A DNA stretch of 64,000 nt from Bacteroidia bacterium (GCA_017857855.1 JAFMCI010000002.1:20727-84726); one strand, 5' to 3'. Positions 47,703 to 57,856 are shown, numbered from the stretch's first letter. Notes: generated from the letters alone by a model not told the origin. Made by a program: numbers and translations.

Positions 47703-48926
47703 TTACAACGAGAAGTAAGACATAAAAGAAGATAATTGAGATAAACTCTTTAAAACTTCCTTGTCTGACCTCTGTTTTGGTGTACTATCCGCAGAAAAAT
47801 CAGTAGCATCTATCAATGATTGTGCACTTTTAGTATTGTTAAAATGCTCGCTTAGAAATTCTTTTCGATTGTTAAAGTATGATGAGGAGTAGTCAAGAAG
47901 CAAATATTCTTTGACTTTAAGCAGCACCTCATTCAAATTTTTACCTACCGCACAAATAGCATCAAGACCAGAACCATCAACCATGAGTGGATTAACCACT
48001 GCAAATTTGCCCCTATACAGGGCATTTAAAAGTTTTAGCTTGATTCCCGTATTTTGATTGGTATACAATACATTAATGTGTGCATCACGGATTAATCCGT
48101 GAATTTGTTCCGTAGTTAAGTTAGACTTAAGTTCCACATTATCGAAGTGCGCACATAACTGTATTAATTCCTTTGGAGGATTGTTACCAGCTATTATTGC
48201 TGGCGTATTGGGTAATTGAGAGAATACATGTTTTACCAGCTCAATTGCTGCCATGTAATTTTCGGGAACAGAAAGATTGCCGTGATAGAGTAAGTAGTCA
48301 CCTTTAGCTCCAGGATAATCCATAGCGTTATTGCTATGAAAAGCCGGAACATACATTACATTGGCATATTTTTTAGCAAAATACGCGTAATCATTAGGAC
48401 TTATAGCCGCAACTAATTGAGCGTGCTTGAGGATACTTTCATGCTTTCTTAGCTTTTCAGCCTCTATTCTAAAAAAGTATTTTTTAAAATAGCTGAATTC
48501 CGATTTTTCTAAATGCTTGTAATAATGATGCTCAATATTATGTGTACGAACTATTTTAAAACGCTTAGCAAGTAATGGATTGGCAATGTGATAGGTACAA
48601 TGTAACCCTTCGAAAAGAATAGGTGCGGAATCTTTCAATAAATTATCTAAAAGTTCATTTCCATTCCTTGAATTGACGATATACGGTGTGCTTCCCACAA
48701 ATGGGTTTTTAAACGTACTTCGTTTGTAGTAATAAAGTGCTTTTGTTATCTTCCGTAATTTCGTCTTACTTTCTTCTCTACCATACTGATACATATGTAA
48801 AACAACCTCTATTCCTTGGTGGTGAAGCGCCTCCACTTTATGGTAGATATCAATAACCCCTCCATAATCTGCAGGATAAGGCACATCAAATGCTACTACA
48901 TGTATTTTTTTAGGTAAGGTTTGCAT
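47703..48926 (-). CDS. GT-B fold glycosyltransferase (GT4-like)
   Basis: N-terminus 'IHVVAFDVPYPADYGGVIDIY', typical of GT-B enzymes. 17-nt overlap with the upstream GT gene. Confidence 0.55.
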   Translation of the reverse strand: MQTLPKKIHVVAFDVPYPADYGGVIDIYHKVEALHHQGIEVVLHMYQYGREESKTKLRKITKALYYYKRSTFKNPFVGSTPYIVNSRNGNELLDNLLKDSAPILFEGLHCTYHIANPLLAKRFKIVRTHNIEHHYYKHLEKSEFSYFKKYFFRIEAEKLRKHESILKHAQLVAAISPNDYAYFAKKYANVMYVPAFHSNNAMDYPGAKGDYLLYHGNLSVPENYMAAIELVKHVFSQLPNTPAIIAGNNPPKELIQLCAHFDNVELKSNLTTEQIHGLIRDAHINVLYTNQNTGIKLKLLNALYRGKFAVVNPLMVDGSGLDAICAVGKNLNEVLLKVKEYLLLDYSSSYFNNRKEFLSEHFNNTKSAQSLIDATDFSADSTPKQRSDKEVLKSLSQLSSFMSYFSL

Positions 48927-49995
48927 AAAATTTTAACAAGGATTTTTCTTCGTTTTCCCAAGTTCTAATTTGGCGTGCAATTAAGCAGTTTTTTCTTAGT
49001 AAACCATATAATTCTGAATCAGATAAAAGTAAATTCACTGCTTTTTTAATTTCATTTGGCTCAGCTACTGCTAAATACCCACATTGATATTCAGTTTCCA
49101 TCCTTTTATACTCAGGAAAAGGCATAGTTATAGCCGGAATGCCACATTGTATATAATCAAAAAACTTATTATTAAGCGATAGGTAGTAGCTTAATCCCAA
49201 ATTATCAGCCACATTTATTCCGGCAAAAGCACCTAAGGTGTAATCTCTCAATTTTATTGGGTTTAGTTCTCCCAAGAAAATAACCTTATCTTCCAGTTTT
49301 AGTTGTAAAACTAAGCTTTGTAGCTCTTTTTTGATATCACCATTTCCAGCTATATACAGGATTATGGGGAGATCTTGCATTGCTTCAATAGTTGCTTCAA
49401 GGCCCCTACCCTTATTTAACGCTCCTTGATATAAGAGATATTTTACCTCGTTCTTCTTACTCGCAAGTTCAAAACTTACGGGGCAATTTCTGATGACTTC
49501 AAATCCTACGTTATATTTTTCTTTGTAGGCATCTGCTATTCCTTGGCTTACAGTTATTGCATTACTTACTTTAGGAAGAAGATATGCTTCTAGTTTCAGC
49601 CAAATAGCTCGTTTTATAGGTCTTTCAATAAGCTCAGGTACTTCAGTAAAATATTCATGAGAGTCATAAACCAGTTTTTTACCTTTTAACTTACAAGCAA
49701 AATACGCCGCAGGCAAGGTATCTAAATCTACCGCATGAATAATATCAAACGATGAAAAAATCAGCTTACAAAAAATACGAAGATTAAAAAACAGATAGAA
49801 CAATGGCCCTTTATTCAACAGAAATTGAAATCGTTTTTGGACATATGACTGAGGTACAATCGATGCAACACTTTTGGCCCTACCCCACAGTGATACCTCA
49901 AAATTTTCAGATAAAGAAGTACATATACGTATCATGCGCTGATCGTATATAACGTCATTTATGACAATGGCTATTAGGCTTGGTTTTTTGTCCAA
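48910..49995 (-). CDS. Glycosyltransferase family 4-like
   Basis: GT-B pattern ('YDSHEYFTE', 'LLYQGALNKGRGLE', 'GIPAITMPFPEY'). 22-nt overlap with the recQ 3' end. Confidence 0.6.
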   Translation of the reverse strand: MDKKPSLIAIVINDVIYDQRMIRICTSLSENFEVSLWGRAKSVASIVPQSYVQKRFQFLLNKGPLFYLFFNLRIFCKLIFSSFDIIHAVDLDTLPAAYFACKLKGKKLVYDSHEYFTEVPELIERPIKRAIWLKLEAYLLPKVSNAITVSQGIADAYKEKYNVGFEVIRNCPVSFELASKKNEVKYLLYQGALNKGRGLEATIEAMQDLPIILYIAGNGDIKKELQSLVLQLKLEDKVIFLGELNPIKLRDYTLGAFAGINVADNLGLSYYLSLNNKFFDYIQCGIPAITMPFPEYKRMETEYQCGYLAVAEPNEIKKAVNLLLSDSELYGLLRKNCLIARQIRTWENEEKSLLKFYANLT

Positions 49996-51866
49996 GTATA
50001 CTTTTGATTTATTTTGGTTAGATATTCGTTATCCAATAACCATCTAATTACTGTGATTATTTGACCTTCTTCGAACGCTCCAAAAGAAGATAGTATTGTT
50101 TCTAAATCCAAATTTTTATTCACAGTAATTTCTTTTAGCTTTTTAATGAGTTCAGAAGTTTGAATAGTTGTTAACTGTGACTTTTTCGAGAGTCTACAAA
50201 CATCACATTTACCGCAGGTTAACTCACGTATTTCTCCAAAGTAAGCCAATAAATAGTTCTCCCTGCATGTAGTATTAATTGACTCATAGTTAGCGATATA
50301 GTGCTTTCTATATTCATCTCTTTCTCTAAGTATGAGATAGGTTTTCTTATTGATTTCTATCTTGGTAGGTCTAGCCTCTAGGTAAGTTAGGGTATTGCCT
50401 TCTTGCGCATCTACAAAATCAATGATACCATCCGAGTGTAATTTTTGCAATTCTTTTTTAACAAAACTCACAGTGCTTTTTTGACGAGCAGCAAGGTCCT
50501 TCATTTTAATACCAACGTAATGATCAAATAGTCCTCCGTAAGATCGCAAAATCAGCTTGATAAATTGGTCTTGAAGCTCGTATTTTACTTGATAAGCGTA
50601 AAGTTCTTCGTTACTTACTATAAATCTCAATTTAGGCAATTGAAAGGTTTGTTCATTGAGTTTTACAAACCCCATGCTGTGAAGGACATTAAGACTATTA
50701 ACTACATTCCAAGTCGCAATTTTAAACTTCTCAGAAAATTGAATAAGGTCAATGGGATACGTTATTCCTTTGCCTGAGGTAAAAGCTATTTGATGATGGT
50801 TGTAAAGGCAATTAAGCGTATGCTCTAATTGCAATGTGGTTGGGTAACTCGTCCACAGCTCTGAGGTTATTTCTTTTTCTGCGAGCAAAACACAATAAGC
50901 CTCCAAACCATCTCTACCTGCTCTTCCCGCCTCTTGGTAATATGCTTCTGGACTATCTGGTTTCTCATAATGTATGACAATCCTTACATCCGGCTTGTCT
51001 ATACCCATACCAAAAGCATTGGTGCATACCACTACTCTGGTTTGGTTATCTATCCAAGATTGCTGCACTTTAGTCCTTTGGTCATTATCCAGCCCCCCGT
51101 GATAATGCAATGCGACAATACCGCTTTGCCTTATGAATGCTGCTATTTCCTCACATTTCCTTCGCGTATTGGCATATACCAATGCCGTACCCTTTACCTT
51201 AGTTAAAATTTTATTGATTCGTGAAAGTTTATTGCTATCTCGAAGGACCAAATAACTCAGGTTATCTCTTTTAAAAGATTGTCTAAAGCTCTGGTGGGCA
51301 TTACTAAATCCTAAAAAACGAATGATATCAGCTTTCACCGTATCTGTCGCTGTAGCAGTTACAGCAATAAAATTAGTCTTAGGAAGTAATTCCCTTAGCT
51401 CTCCCAATTTGAGATATTCTGGCCTGAACTGATGGCCCCATTGAGAAATACAATGCGCCTCATCTACCACCAAAAAACTAACTGACATATTTACCAGATA
51501 GCTTCTGAAATTTGCTGTTGCGGCGCGCTCAGGACTCAAATACACAATCTTGTATTTACCATTTAGCGTATTTTGCATTTCGGTTTCTATCTCACCGCTA
51601 CTCATGCCACTGTGTAAGGCTACCGCAGAAATACCTCTTTTAGTAAGATTATCTACTTGGTCTTTCATCAATGCTATAAGTGGGCTAAACACAAAACAAA
51701 CACCGTCTTTTGCCATCGCAGGCAATTGATAACAAATACTCTTACCTCCTCCCGTAGGAAGCAATGCTAGGGTATCTTCACCGTTCATTACCGAAAGAAT
51801 AATGTCTCGCTGCAATGGCCTAAATGAGTCAAACCCCCAATATTGTTTAAGTATAGATTCTAGCAA
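49974..51866 (-). CDS. recQ: RecQ-family ATP-dependent DNA helicase
   Basis: 'LLPTGGGKS', 'VVDEAHCISQWGHQFRPEY', 'VTATAT', 'YYQEAGRAGRDG' and a Zn motif 'CGKCDVC'. TTG start. Confidence 0.85.
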   Translation of the reverse strand: MLESILKQYWGFDSFRPLQRDIILSVMNGEDTLALLPTGGGKSICYQLPAMAKDGVCFVFSPLIALMKDQVDNLTKRGISAVALHSGMSSGEIETEMQNTLNGKYKIVYLSPERAATANFRSYLVNMSVSFLVVDEAHCISQWGHQFRPEYLKLGELRELLPKTNFIAVTATATDTVKADIIRFLGFSNAHQSFRQSFKRDNLSYLVLRDSNKLSRINKILTKVKGTALVYANTRRKCEEIAAFIRQSGIVALHYHGGLDNDQRTKVQQSWIDNQTRVVVCTNAFGMGIDKPDVRIVIHYEKPDSPEAYYQEAGRAGRDGLEAYCVLLAEKEITSELWTSYPTTLQLEHTLNCLYNHHQIAFTSGKGITYPIDLIQFSEKFKIATWNVVNSLNVLHSMGFVKLNEQTFQLPKLRFIVSNEELYAYQVKYELQDQFIKLILRSYGGLFDHYVGIKMKDLAARQKSTVSFVKKELQKLHSDGIIDFVDAQEGNTLTYLEARPTKIEINKKTYLILRERDEYRKHYIANYESINTTCRENYLLAYFGEIRELTCGKCDVCRLSKKSQLTTIQTSELIKKLKEITVNKNLDLETILSSFGAFEEGQIITVIRWLLDNEYLTKINQKYTWTKNQA

Positions 51867-51891
51867 GAGTAAAAAATGGCGTTAAAGCCAC

Positions 51892-51899
51892 AAAGCTAA
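51892..51899 (-). promoter_or_regulatory. -7 box TAGCTTTG (minus strand) for recQ
   Basis: Exact TAnnTTTG 25 nt upstream of the TTG start at 51866. Confidence 0.4.
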
Positions 51900-52032
51900 A
51901 GGATTGAAAGCTAATTTAAGCTAAACTTAAACTTTTAGTAACCTGGTTTTAGTTACACTTCAAAATTTTATGACCTGTTGAAATGAAGCCAATACTAGTG
52001 CACGTTAGGCTAACTATGTGGGTTCAAATCTG

Positions 52033-53400
52033 CTAAAGAGTCCACTCTTCTCCCCTGCTTGGTATGATCACTTTGCCCTGGAATTCAGGATCTAACGTTT
52101 CTTTTAAATCATACATTGCTGCTTCTTCGCCATGCACAAAGAATACCTTTTGTAATTCACTGTTATCGCTTTTTACGAAGTAATCTGTTAGTCCTACTAT
52201 ATCCGGATGGGCACTAAATACATCTGTTTGCCCAATTTTGGCATATACGTACTTATCATGACCTTTAATACGAATGATGCTTTTACCTTCCAAAAGCTGT
52301 GCACCAAGAGTACCTGGTGAGCAAAATCCAGCAATCATAATGGAACACATAGGATTTTGAACATGATCTCCGATGTGCTGCTGTATACGCCCACCTTCAA
52401 GCATCCCTGCACTACTTACAATAATACAAGCCTCACGGTAAAGCTCCATATCTTCCACATCATCCTTATCCTCTACAATATGCAAGCTCTTAAAATCAAA
52501 CAAGCTTCCTTCTTCTTTTTTATAAAGTTGTGCTTCATCATTAAGGTAATGCGAAAACTTATTATGAATATTACTACTTGCTAATGCCAATGGGCTATCT
52601 GCAAAAACTCTTATAGGTGGCAGTTTGCCTTCATTAAATAGTTTTTTGAGCGTAAACAAAACCGCTTGCGTGCGTCCTACACTAAATGCAGGAATGATTA
52701 GTCTTCCATCTTGCTTTACACAAGTTGCCGTTACTTGCTCTATCAGTACTTCTTCTGGACTACGCGTTTCCTTATGCTTTCTATTACCATACGTAGTTTC
52801 AGTTATTAAGGCATGAAGTCCTGGCATTGGTTTCGAATCTACAATAAGTTTGGAACCAGGATTCCCTATATCACCCGTAAAACCAATTACTTTCTGCTTA
52901 CCGTTTTCTTCTATAACCAATCGAACACTTGCTGCGCCAATGATATGTCCTGCTTCATAAAAGGAGAATGAAACTCCGTTACTTAATTCAAAATCTTTGT
53001 GATAACCAATGGTTAATAGTTGATCTACAGCCTTTTTTACCTCATGAAAACCGTATAATCGAACACTTTTTTTACGATTAGTGGCATTATTCTGGATGTT
53101 AACAGAGTCAGCCCATAGTTTTTCGAGTAAAAATGCAGTAGGTTCTGTACAAATTATCTCTCCTTTAAATCCTTGCTTTACTAGATTAGGTATATTCCCA
53201 CTGTGATCGATGTGGGCGTGCGTTAATATCAGAACATTTACCGTTTTGGGATCAAAAGGAAAGTTTGAATTGATTTCCTTATTTGATTTATCCTCATAAT
53301 CGATACCACAATCGATCAAGATTGTATATCCATTTTCTAGCTTTAATAAGTGCATGCTGCCCGTAACTTGCTTGGCAGCTCCCCAACATGTGTATTTCAT
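52033..53400 (-). CDS. MBL-fold metallo-hydrolase with a beta-CASP/RNA-metabolising domain
   Basis: 'LTHAHIDHSG' (HxHxDH), 'ETTYG' and late His motifs ('SAHPD', 'VHGE'). Confidence 0.8.
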   Translation of the reverse strand: MKYTCWGAAKQVTGSMHLLKLENGYTILIDCGIDYEDKSNKEINSNFPFDPKTVNVLILTHAHIDHSGNIPNLVKQGFKGEIICTEPTAFLLEKLWADSVNIQNNATNRKKSVRLYGFHEVKKAVDQLLTIGYHKDFELSNGVSFSFYEAGHIIGAASVRLVIEENGKQKVIGFTGDIGNPGSKLIVDSKPMPGLHALITETTYGNRKHKETRSPEEVLIEQVTATCVKQDGRLIIPAFSVGRTQAVLFTLKKLFNEGKLPPIRVFADSPLALASSNIHNKFSHYLNDEAQLYKKEEGSLFDFKSLHIVEDKDDVEDMELYREACIIVSSAGMLEGGRIQQHIGDHVQNPMCSIMIAGFCSPGTLGAQLLEGKSIIRIKGHDKYVYAKIGQTDVFSAHPDIVGLTDYFVKSDNSELQKVFFVHGEEAAMYDLKETLDPEFQGKVIIPSRGEEWTL

Positions 53401-53412
53401 CTCCTTCTGTAC

Positions 53413-54558
53413 TTAGCGTGCAATTATAAGTCTAGATTGCAGTAAAACAGAATTGTGTGCATTGTAGATGCTAACAGAGTACAAACCATTTGTTAAATTA
53501 TGAATATCAATAACCTCATTTGAAGTAATTTCTGTACTCAAAACTTGCTGTCCCAACGCATTGGTTAAGATAACGTGATTCATTTCGTTATCGCCGCCGA
53601 TTATCTTAACCCAATTTGAAGCCGGGTTGGGATACAAGCGGCTAAGGAGATTTGAGGTTTGCGATACGTTTGCGGAAGTATTGATTCGCGCAAAATAAAG
53701 TGTGGATGCAACTGCTCCTTTTATCACCTCAGTGGTAGCAGCTATATCCATATTTTCTAGCTTATCGTTTGCACTATGATAATTGGGATCAACGGACTCC
53801 TGATATAATCCTGTTATTACATATCCAGCATTTTGAAACGGCATATAATCTGACCCATATGCCTTGGATCGAACAGGGATTAGTGTAGTGTATAAATTGA
53901 TTAAACGACCTAGCGTGTCTGTTTTTAAACTAGATAGCACATTATTCATAGAAGGATTGTCATCTTCATCTCGTTCGCATTTTATGCGTGTATTATTTTG
54001 GCCTAATGTCCCACCCAATTGATCCAAATTGAGCATAAGTTGGATGTTGTCCGTTGAAGAAAGAGTATTACTTACATAATGATTACTTCCTTGTAATCCT
54101 TGTTCTTCCGCCCCAAAATTAATGATCCTCACTCCCACTTTACAGTCTACATTTTTAAGAATACGTGCAATTTCAAGTGTTGCAGCTACGCCACTACCAT
54201 TGTCATTTGCCCCAGGACTTATACTTACTGCATCTAGATGAGCACCTACGATAATCCATGCGTCTGACTGTGATCCAGGCTTTTCAATGATTACATTATA
54301 CGAATTTTTAGTTCCGTACTTAAAGGTGTCAATAACCGGAGCATAACCTAATTGGGTATATTTATTCACCACCCATTGCGTCGCGCTGTCATACGCTGCG
54401 CTACCCGTCACCCGAATGCCAATACGTTGTAATTCGTAGATTATCTGTTCAATACTATCCACGCGTTGCGCTTCTTTGGCAATACGATATTCCCATACTT
54501 GCGCTTGGGCTGAAAGAAGTATGGCTAAAAATCCTAATGAAGTGAGTATTCTCTGCAT
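53413..54558 (-). CDS. M28-family aminopeptidase with a T9SS C-terminal sorting domain
   Basis: Signal peptide. Zn-ligand contexts 'GAHLDAV', 'NDNGSGVA', 'GAEEQGLQGS'. C-terminus 'LYPNPASNWVKI...NGLYSVSIY...RLIIAR'. Confidence 0.85.
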   Translation of the reverse strand: MQRILTSLGFLAILLSAQAQVWEYRIAKEAQRVDSIEQIIYELQRIGIRVTGSAAYDSATQWVVNKYTQLGYAPVIDTFKYGTKNSYNVIIEKPGSQSDAWIIVGAHLDAVSISPGANDNGSGVAATLEIARILKNVDCKVGVRIINFGAEEQGLQGSNHYVSNTLSSTDNIQLMLNLDQLGGTLGQNNTRIKCERDEDDNPSMNNVLSSLKTDTLGRLINLYTTLIPVRSKAYGSDYMPFQNAGYVITGLYQESVDPNYHSANDKLENMDIAATTEVIKGAVASTLYFARINTSANVSQTSNLLSRLYPNPASNWVKIIGGDNEMNHVILTNALGQQVLSTEITSNEVIDIHNLTNGLYSVSIYNAHNSVLLQSRLIIAR

Positions 54559-54956
54559 TCTTGCGAAGATAGTGCTATGTTAACGGTTAAAACACGCTCT
54601 GCTGGTAAGTACGATGCAATTTTCTCTGGCCATTCAATAAAGCATAAGTTGCCCGAATCTATATATTCCATAAACCCGATATCTTCAATTTCTTCTATGG
54701 TATTTAAGCGGTATAAATCAAAATGATAAATAGTCTTTTGCGCTACATTATAGGCATTAACTATAGAAAAAGTAGGACTATCCACATCGCTATCATTTCC
54801 GCCCGTAGCGTTTATATAACGTTTAACCAACGTTGTTTTGCCAGCTCCAAGATTTCCTTGAAGCAGAACTATATTTTTTCCAGACGATATCTGTGCTAAC
54901 AAAACATCACCTAATTTTGAAAAGTCAGATTCTAAATCACAAATCTCTATTTTCAT
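54534..54956 (-). CDS. tsaE: tRNA t6A37 biosynthesis ATPase TsaE
   Basis: 140 aa with 'LQGNLGAGKTT', 'SPTFSIVN' and 'HFDLYRL'. Confidence 0.85.
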   Translation of the reverse strand: MKIEICDLESDFSKLGDVLLAQISSGKNIVLLQGNLGAGKTTLVKRYINATGGNDSDVDSPTFSIVNAYNVAQKTIYHFDLYRLNTIEEIEDIGFMEYIDSGNLCFIEWPEKIASYLPAERVLTVNIALSSQECREYSLH

Positions 54957-54962
54957 AATCCC

Positions 54963-56522
54963 TTATTTTGGTTCTAAAACAATTAGAGGAATCAGCATTT
55001 CTTCCATCGAAATTCCTCCGTGTTGAAAGGTATCTTTATAATACTTGGCATAATGATTCAAGTTGTTGGGATACACGAAAAAATCATTCTCTTTACTAAA
55101 CACAAAACGACTGCTCACGTGCTGAGTTGGCAACAACGCATCTGAGGGCTTAGCTATCTCAAATACTTCTTTCGGATCATAGGTCATCCGTTTTCCTGTT
55201 TTGTAACGTAAATTGGTGGTGGTGTCTTTATCCCCCACAATTTTTACGGCATTATCTACTTTTACCGAACCATGATCTGTCGTTATCACCAATTTTACTT
55301 TCTTACTGCTCAAGTACTTAATAGCATCTAAAAGCGGAGAATGATCAAACCAACTTGAGGTTAACGCTCTATAGGCAGCTTCGTTTTCTGCAAGTTCACG
55401 TACTATTTTAGAATCAGTACGTGCATGAGAAAGTGTATCAATAAAATTATAAACTATGGTAAAAAATTCTTCTTGGGCTATATTGGGAAGTTGCTCTACC
55501 ATTTGCTTTGCGCTGCTTAGGTTTGTCACCTTTATATACTTTGATTCATAACCCACTCGTAATCGTTTAAGCTGATCGTTCAAGAAAAATTCTTCATGTA
55601 GATTTTTCCCCCCTTCATCTTCATCATTACTCCATTTATCTCCAAATCGTTTCTCAATGTCGCTAGGCATTAAACCGCTAAAAATTGCATTTCGAGCATA
55701 TTGAGTGGTTGTGGGCAAAATGGCCATATACAAATCTTCACTCGTCGTTCTGTAATACTTACTTATTTCTACCTGAATGGCTTTCCACTGGTCAAAGCGA
55801 AGGTTATCCAGCAATAACAAGCAAAATGGTTCACCTTTTTGTTTGTGTGGCAAAACTCCTTTTTGAATAAGGTGATGTGACATAAGCGGTGATTCTTCGT
55901 TGTCACCATTAGCATGTACAAAATTGATGTAGTTTCTAGCGATATATTTACTAAACTCTCTGTTTCCGTCTTGTTTCTGGGTTTTTAGAATTTCCTCCAT
56001 GCCGGTTTCTTCCGAGCCAGCCATTTCGGTTTCCCAATACACCAGTTTTTTATACATTTCCTTCCATTTAGGCCAATCTAGGTAATCCATAAATGCCATA
56101 CCAATGTTTCTAAAATCTTGTTGATACCGTTGTGTTACACTTTCGGTTTCCAGTCGTTTGCCTTCTGTAAGTTTAATGATGGTACTTAATATTTGCCTTG
56201 GATTTACAGGCTTAATTAAGTAATCTGCTATTTTAGAACCAATTGCGTCTTCCATAATATGGTCTTCTTCGCTTTTGGTTATCATCACTACCGGAAGATT
56301 TCCCTGTAGTTCTTTGATTATTTTTAGTGCCTCCAGTCCAGAAATACCAGGCATGTTTTCATCTAAAAAAACCAAATCATAGTGATGTGTTCTGACCTTC
56401 TCAGTAGCATCGAGGCCATTGGTTACGGTTGTTATTTCATATCCTTTCTCTTCTAAAAAAAATATATGAGACTTCAGGTGATCAATTTCATCGTCAGCCC
56501 AAAGTATTTTGATTTTACTCAT
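54963..56522 (-). CDS. porX: PorX-type response regulator (CheY receiver fused to a PglZ/alkaline-phosphatase-like domain)
   Basis: Receiver 'ILWADDE...DLVFLDENMPGISGLE...VVMITK', then a PglZ-like C-terminal region with 'ITTDHGS'. 519 aa, comparable to my recollection of the size of Porphyromonas PorX. Confidence 0.8.
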   Translation of the reverse strand: MSKIKILWADDEIDHLKSHIFFLEEKGYEITTVTNGLDATEKVRTHHYDLVFLDENMPGISGLEALKIIKELQGNLPVVMITKSEEDHIMEDAIGSKIADYLIKPVNPRQILSTIIKLTEGKRLETESVTQRYQQDFRNIGMAFMDYLDWPKWKEMYKKLVYWETEMAGSEETGMEEILKTQKQDGNREFSKYIARNYINFVHANGDNEESPLMSHHLIQKGVLPHKQKGEPFCLLLLDNLRFDQWKAIQVEISKYYRTTSEDLYMAILPTTTQYARNAIFSGLMPSDIEKRFGDKWSNDEDEGGKNLHEEFFLNDQLKRLRVGYESKYIKVTNLSSAKQMVEQLPNIAQEEFFTIVYNFIDTLSHARTDSKIVRELAENEAAYRALTSSWFDHSPLLDAIKYLSSKKVKLVITTDHGSVKVDNAVKIVGDKDTTTNLRYKTGKRMTYDPKEVFEIAKPSDALLPTQHVSSRFVFSKENDFFVYPNNLNHYAKYYKDTFQHGGISMEEMLIPLIVLEPK

Positions 56523-56639
56523 AATTGGTTTTCGTATTTTATCATTTTATTAGGTAATCTTTGCAGAAATGCATGGACCATTGTTGTACCTTGCAAAGCA
56601 AGTAATAATTCAACTCTTAAAACAATAATTTATTACACT

Positions 56640-57854
56640 TTGAATAAAAAGAAAATAATTAACGACCCAATATACGGTTTTATCACCATTCATCACGACA
56701 TCGTTTTTGATTGCATACAGCTACCTGAGTTCCAGCGTCTACGAAGAATTAAGCAACTAGGACTTACTCATCTAGTGTACCCTGGAGCATTACATACTCG
56801 TTTTCAACATGTTATAGGTGCCATGCATCTCATGGATATGGCGCTCAAAACTCTACGTGGTAAAGGAATTGAAATCTCGGTCGAAGAAGAAATTGGCGCG
56901 TTATTAGCCATTCTTTTACACGACATTGGTCATGGGCCATTTTCACATAGTTTGGAGCACAGTATTCTTACAGATGTACATCATGAGCATATTTCTAGCG
57001 CACTTATGCAACAGATTAATGCTAAAATGGAGGGTAAATTAGATCTTGCTATTGAGATATTTGAAGACCGGTATCCAAGAAAATTCTTTCATCAACTCGT
57101 AAGTAGTCAGCTAGATATGGACCGTTTAGACTATTTAAGAAGAGACAGTTTTTATACTGGAGTATCTGAAGGAACCGTGGGCATCGAACGTATAATTCAA
57201 ATGCTCAACGTCCGTGACAATCATCTTATCGTTGATCAAAAGGGCATCTATTCCGTTGAAAAATTTTTGATGGCACGCCGATTTATGTATTGGCAAGTAT
57301 ATCTGCACAAAACGTCAATCGCTGCAGACACCATGTTACTTAGCATCTTAAGACGAGCTAAATACCTTATTAACAAGGATGTTAAGCTGTTTGCTAGTCC
57401 ATTTTTATCCTTTTTCTTGGAGAATAATTTCAGAACGGAAGATTTACAACGTGCTGATGTGATGGAGAATTTTTGCAATTTGGACGATAATGAAATAATT
57501 AGTGCGATAAAGGTTTGGCAATATGCTGAGGACAAAACCTTAAGCGAACTATGTAAGATGATCATTAATCGTAATCTACTGAAAATAAATGTAGTAGATC
57601 AAGCTATCACCGCAGAAGATGTTGCAAATCAAAAAAAGTATGTAGCCACGAAACTCGGCATATCAGAAGAAGAGGCTGATTACTTTGTTGCTATAGGCAA
57701 ACTGAGCAATAATACGTATTCTGCAGATGGCGATAGCCTAAAAATTGGAATGAAAGATGGTGGGTTAAAAGAGCTTTCAGAGACTTCGGAAATTTATAAC
57801 CTGTCTCAAGTGAACAAACCACACATTAAATATTTTATAACCTCTTTAAAATAA
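56640..57854 (+). CDS. HD-domain phosphohydrolase (dNTPase-like)
   Basis: 'INDPIYGFI', 'RLRRIKQLG', 'RFQHVIG' and 'LLHDIGHGPFSH'. The only plausible start in front of the conserved N-terminus is the in-frame TTG at 56640. Confidence 0.75.
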   Translation: MNKKKIINDPIYGFITIHHDIVFDCIQLPEFQRLRRIKQLGLTHLVYPGALHTRFQHVIGAMHLMDMALKTLRGKGIEISVEEEIGALLAILLHDIGHGPFSHSLEHSILTDVHHEHISSALMQQINAKMEGKLDLAIEIFEDRYPRKFFHQLVSSQLDMDRLDYLRRDSFYTGVSEGTVGIERIIQMLNVRDNHLIVDQKGIYSVEKFLMARRFMYWQVYLHKTSIAADTMLLSILRRAKYLINKDVKLFASPFLSFFLENNFRTEDLQRADVMENFCNLDDNEIISAIKVWQYAEDKTLSELCKMIINRNLLKINVVDQAITAEDVANQKKYVATKLGISEEEADYFVAIGKLSNNTYSADGDSLKIGMKDGGLKELSETSEIYNLSQVNKPHIKYFITSLK

Positions 57855-57856
57855 GT

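Noticed and set aside
51995-52032. A T-loop-like string GTGGGTTCAAATC, suggesting a tRNA or tRNA fragment between the MBL gene and recQ.
   Set aside because: The flanking sequence cannot be folded into T-stem, acceptor or anticodon arms. It is most likely a chance match.
56466-56639. The ORF-track 5' extension of the HD-domain gene, which overlaps the porX start by 57 nt.
   Set aside because: The extension encodes no recognisable sequence and would overlap the divergent gene and its promoter region. The conserved N-terminus ('KIINDPIYGF') begins right after the in-frame TTG at 56640. The extension also contains no internal ATG.
49974-57854. A run of domains that superficially resemble a defence island: RecQ helicase, MBL/beta-CASP nuclease-like protein, PglZ protein, HD phosphohydrolase.
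   Set aside because: The PglZ domain is fused to a CheY receiver, which is the PorX architecture rather than BREX PglZ. No methyltransferase, PglX/BrxC-like genes or other BREX/DISARM partners are present. The genes are interleaved with housekeeping tsaE and a T9SS peptidase. They lie on both strands with their own promoters, and there is no compositional break or mobile-element scar.
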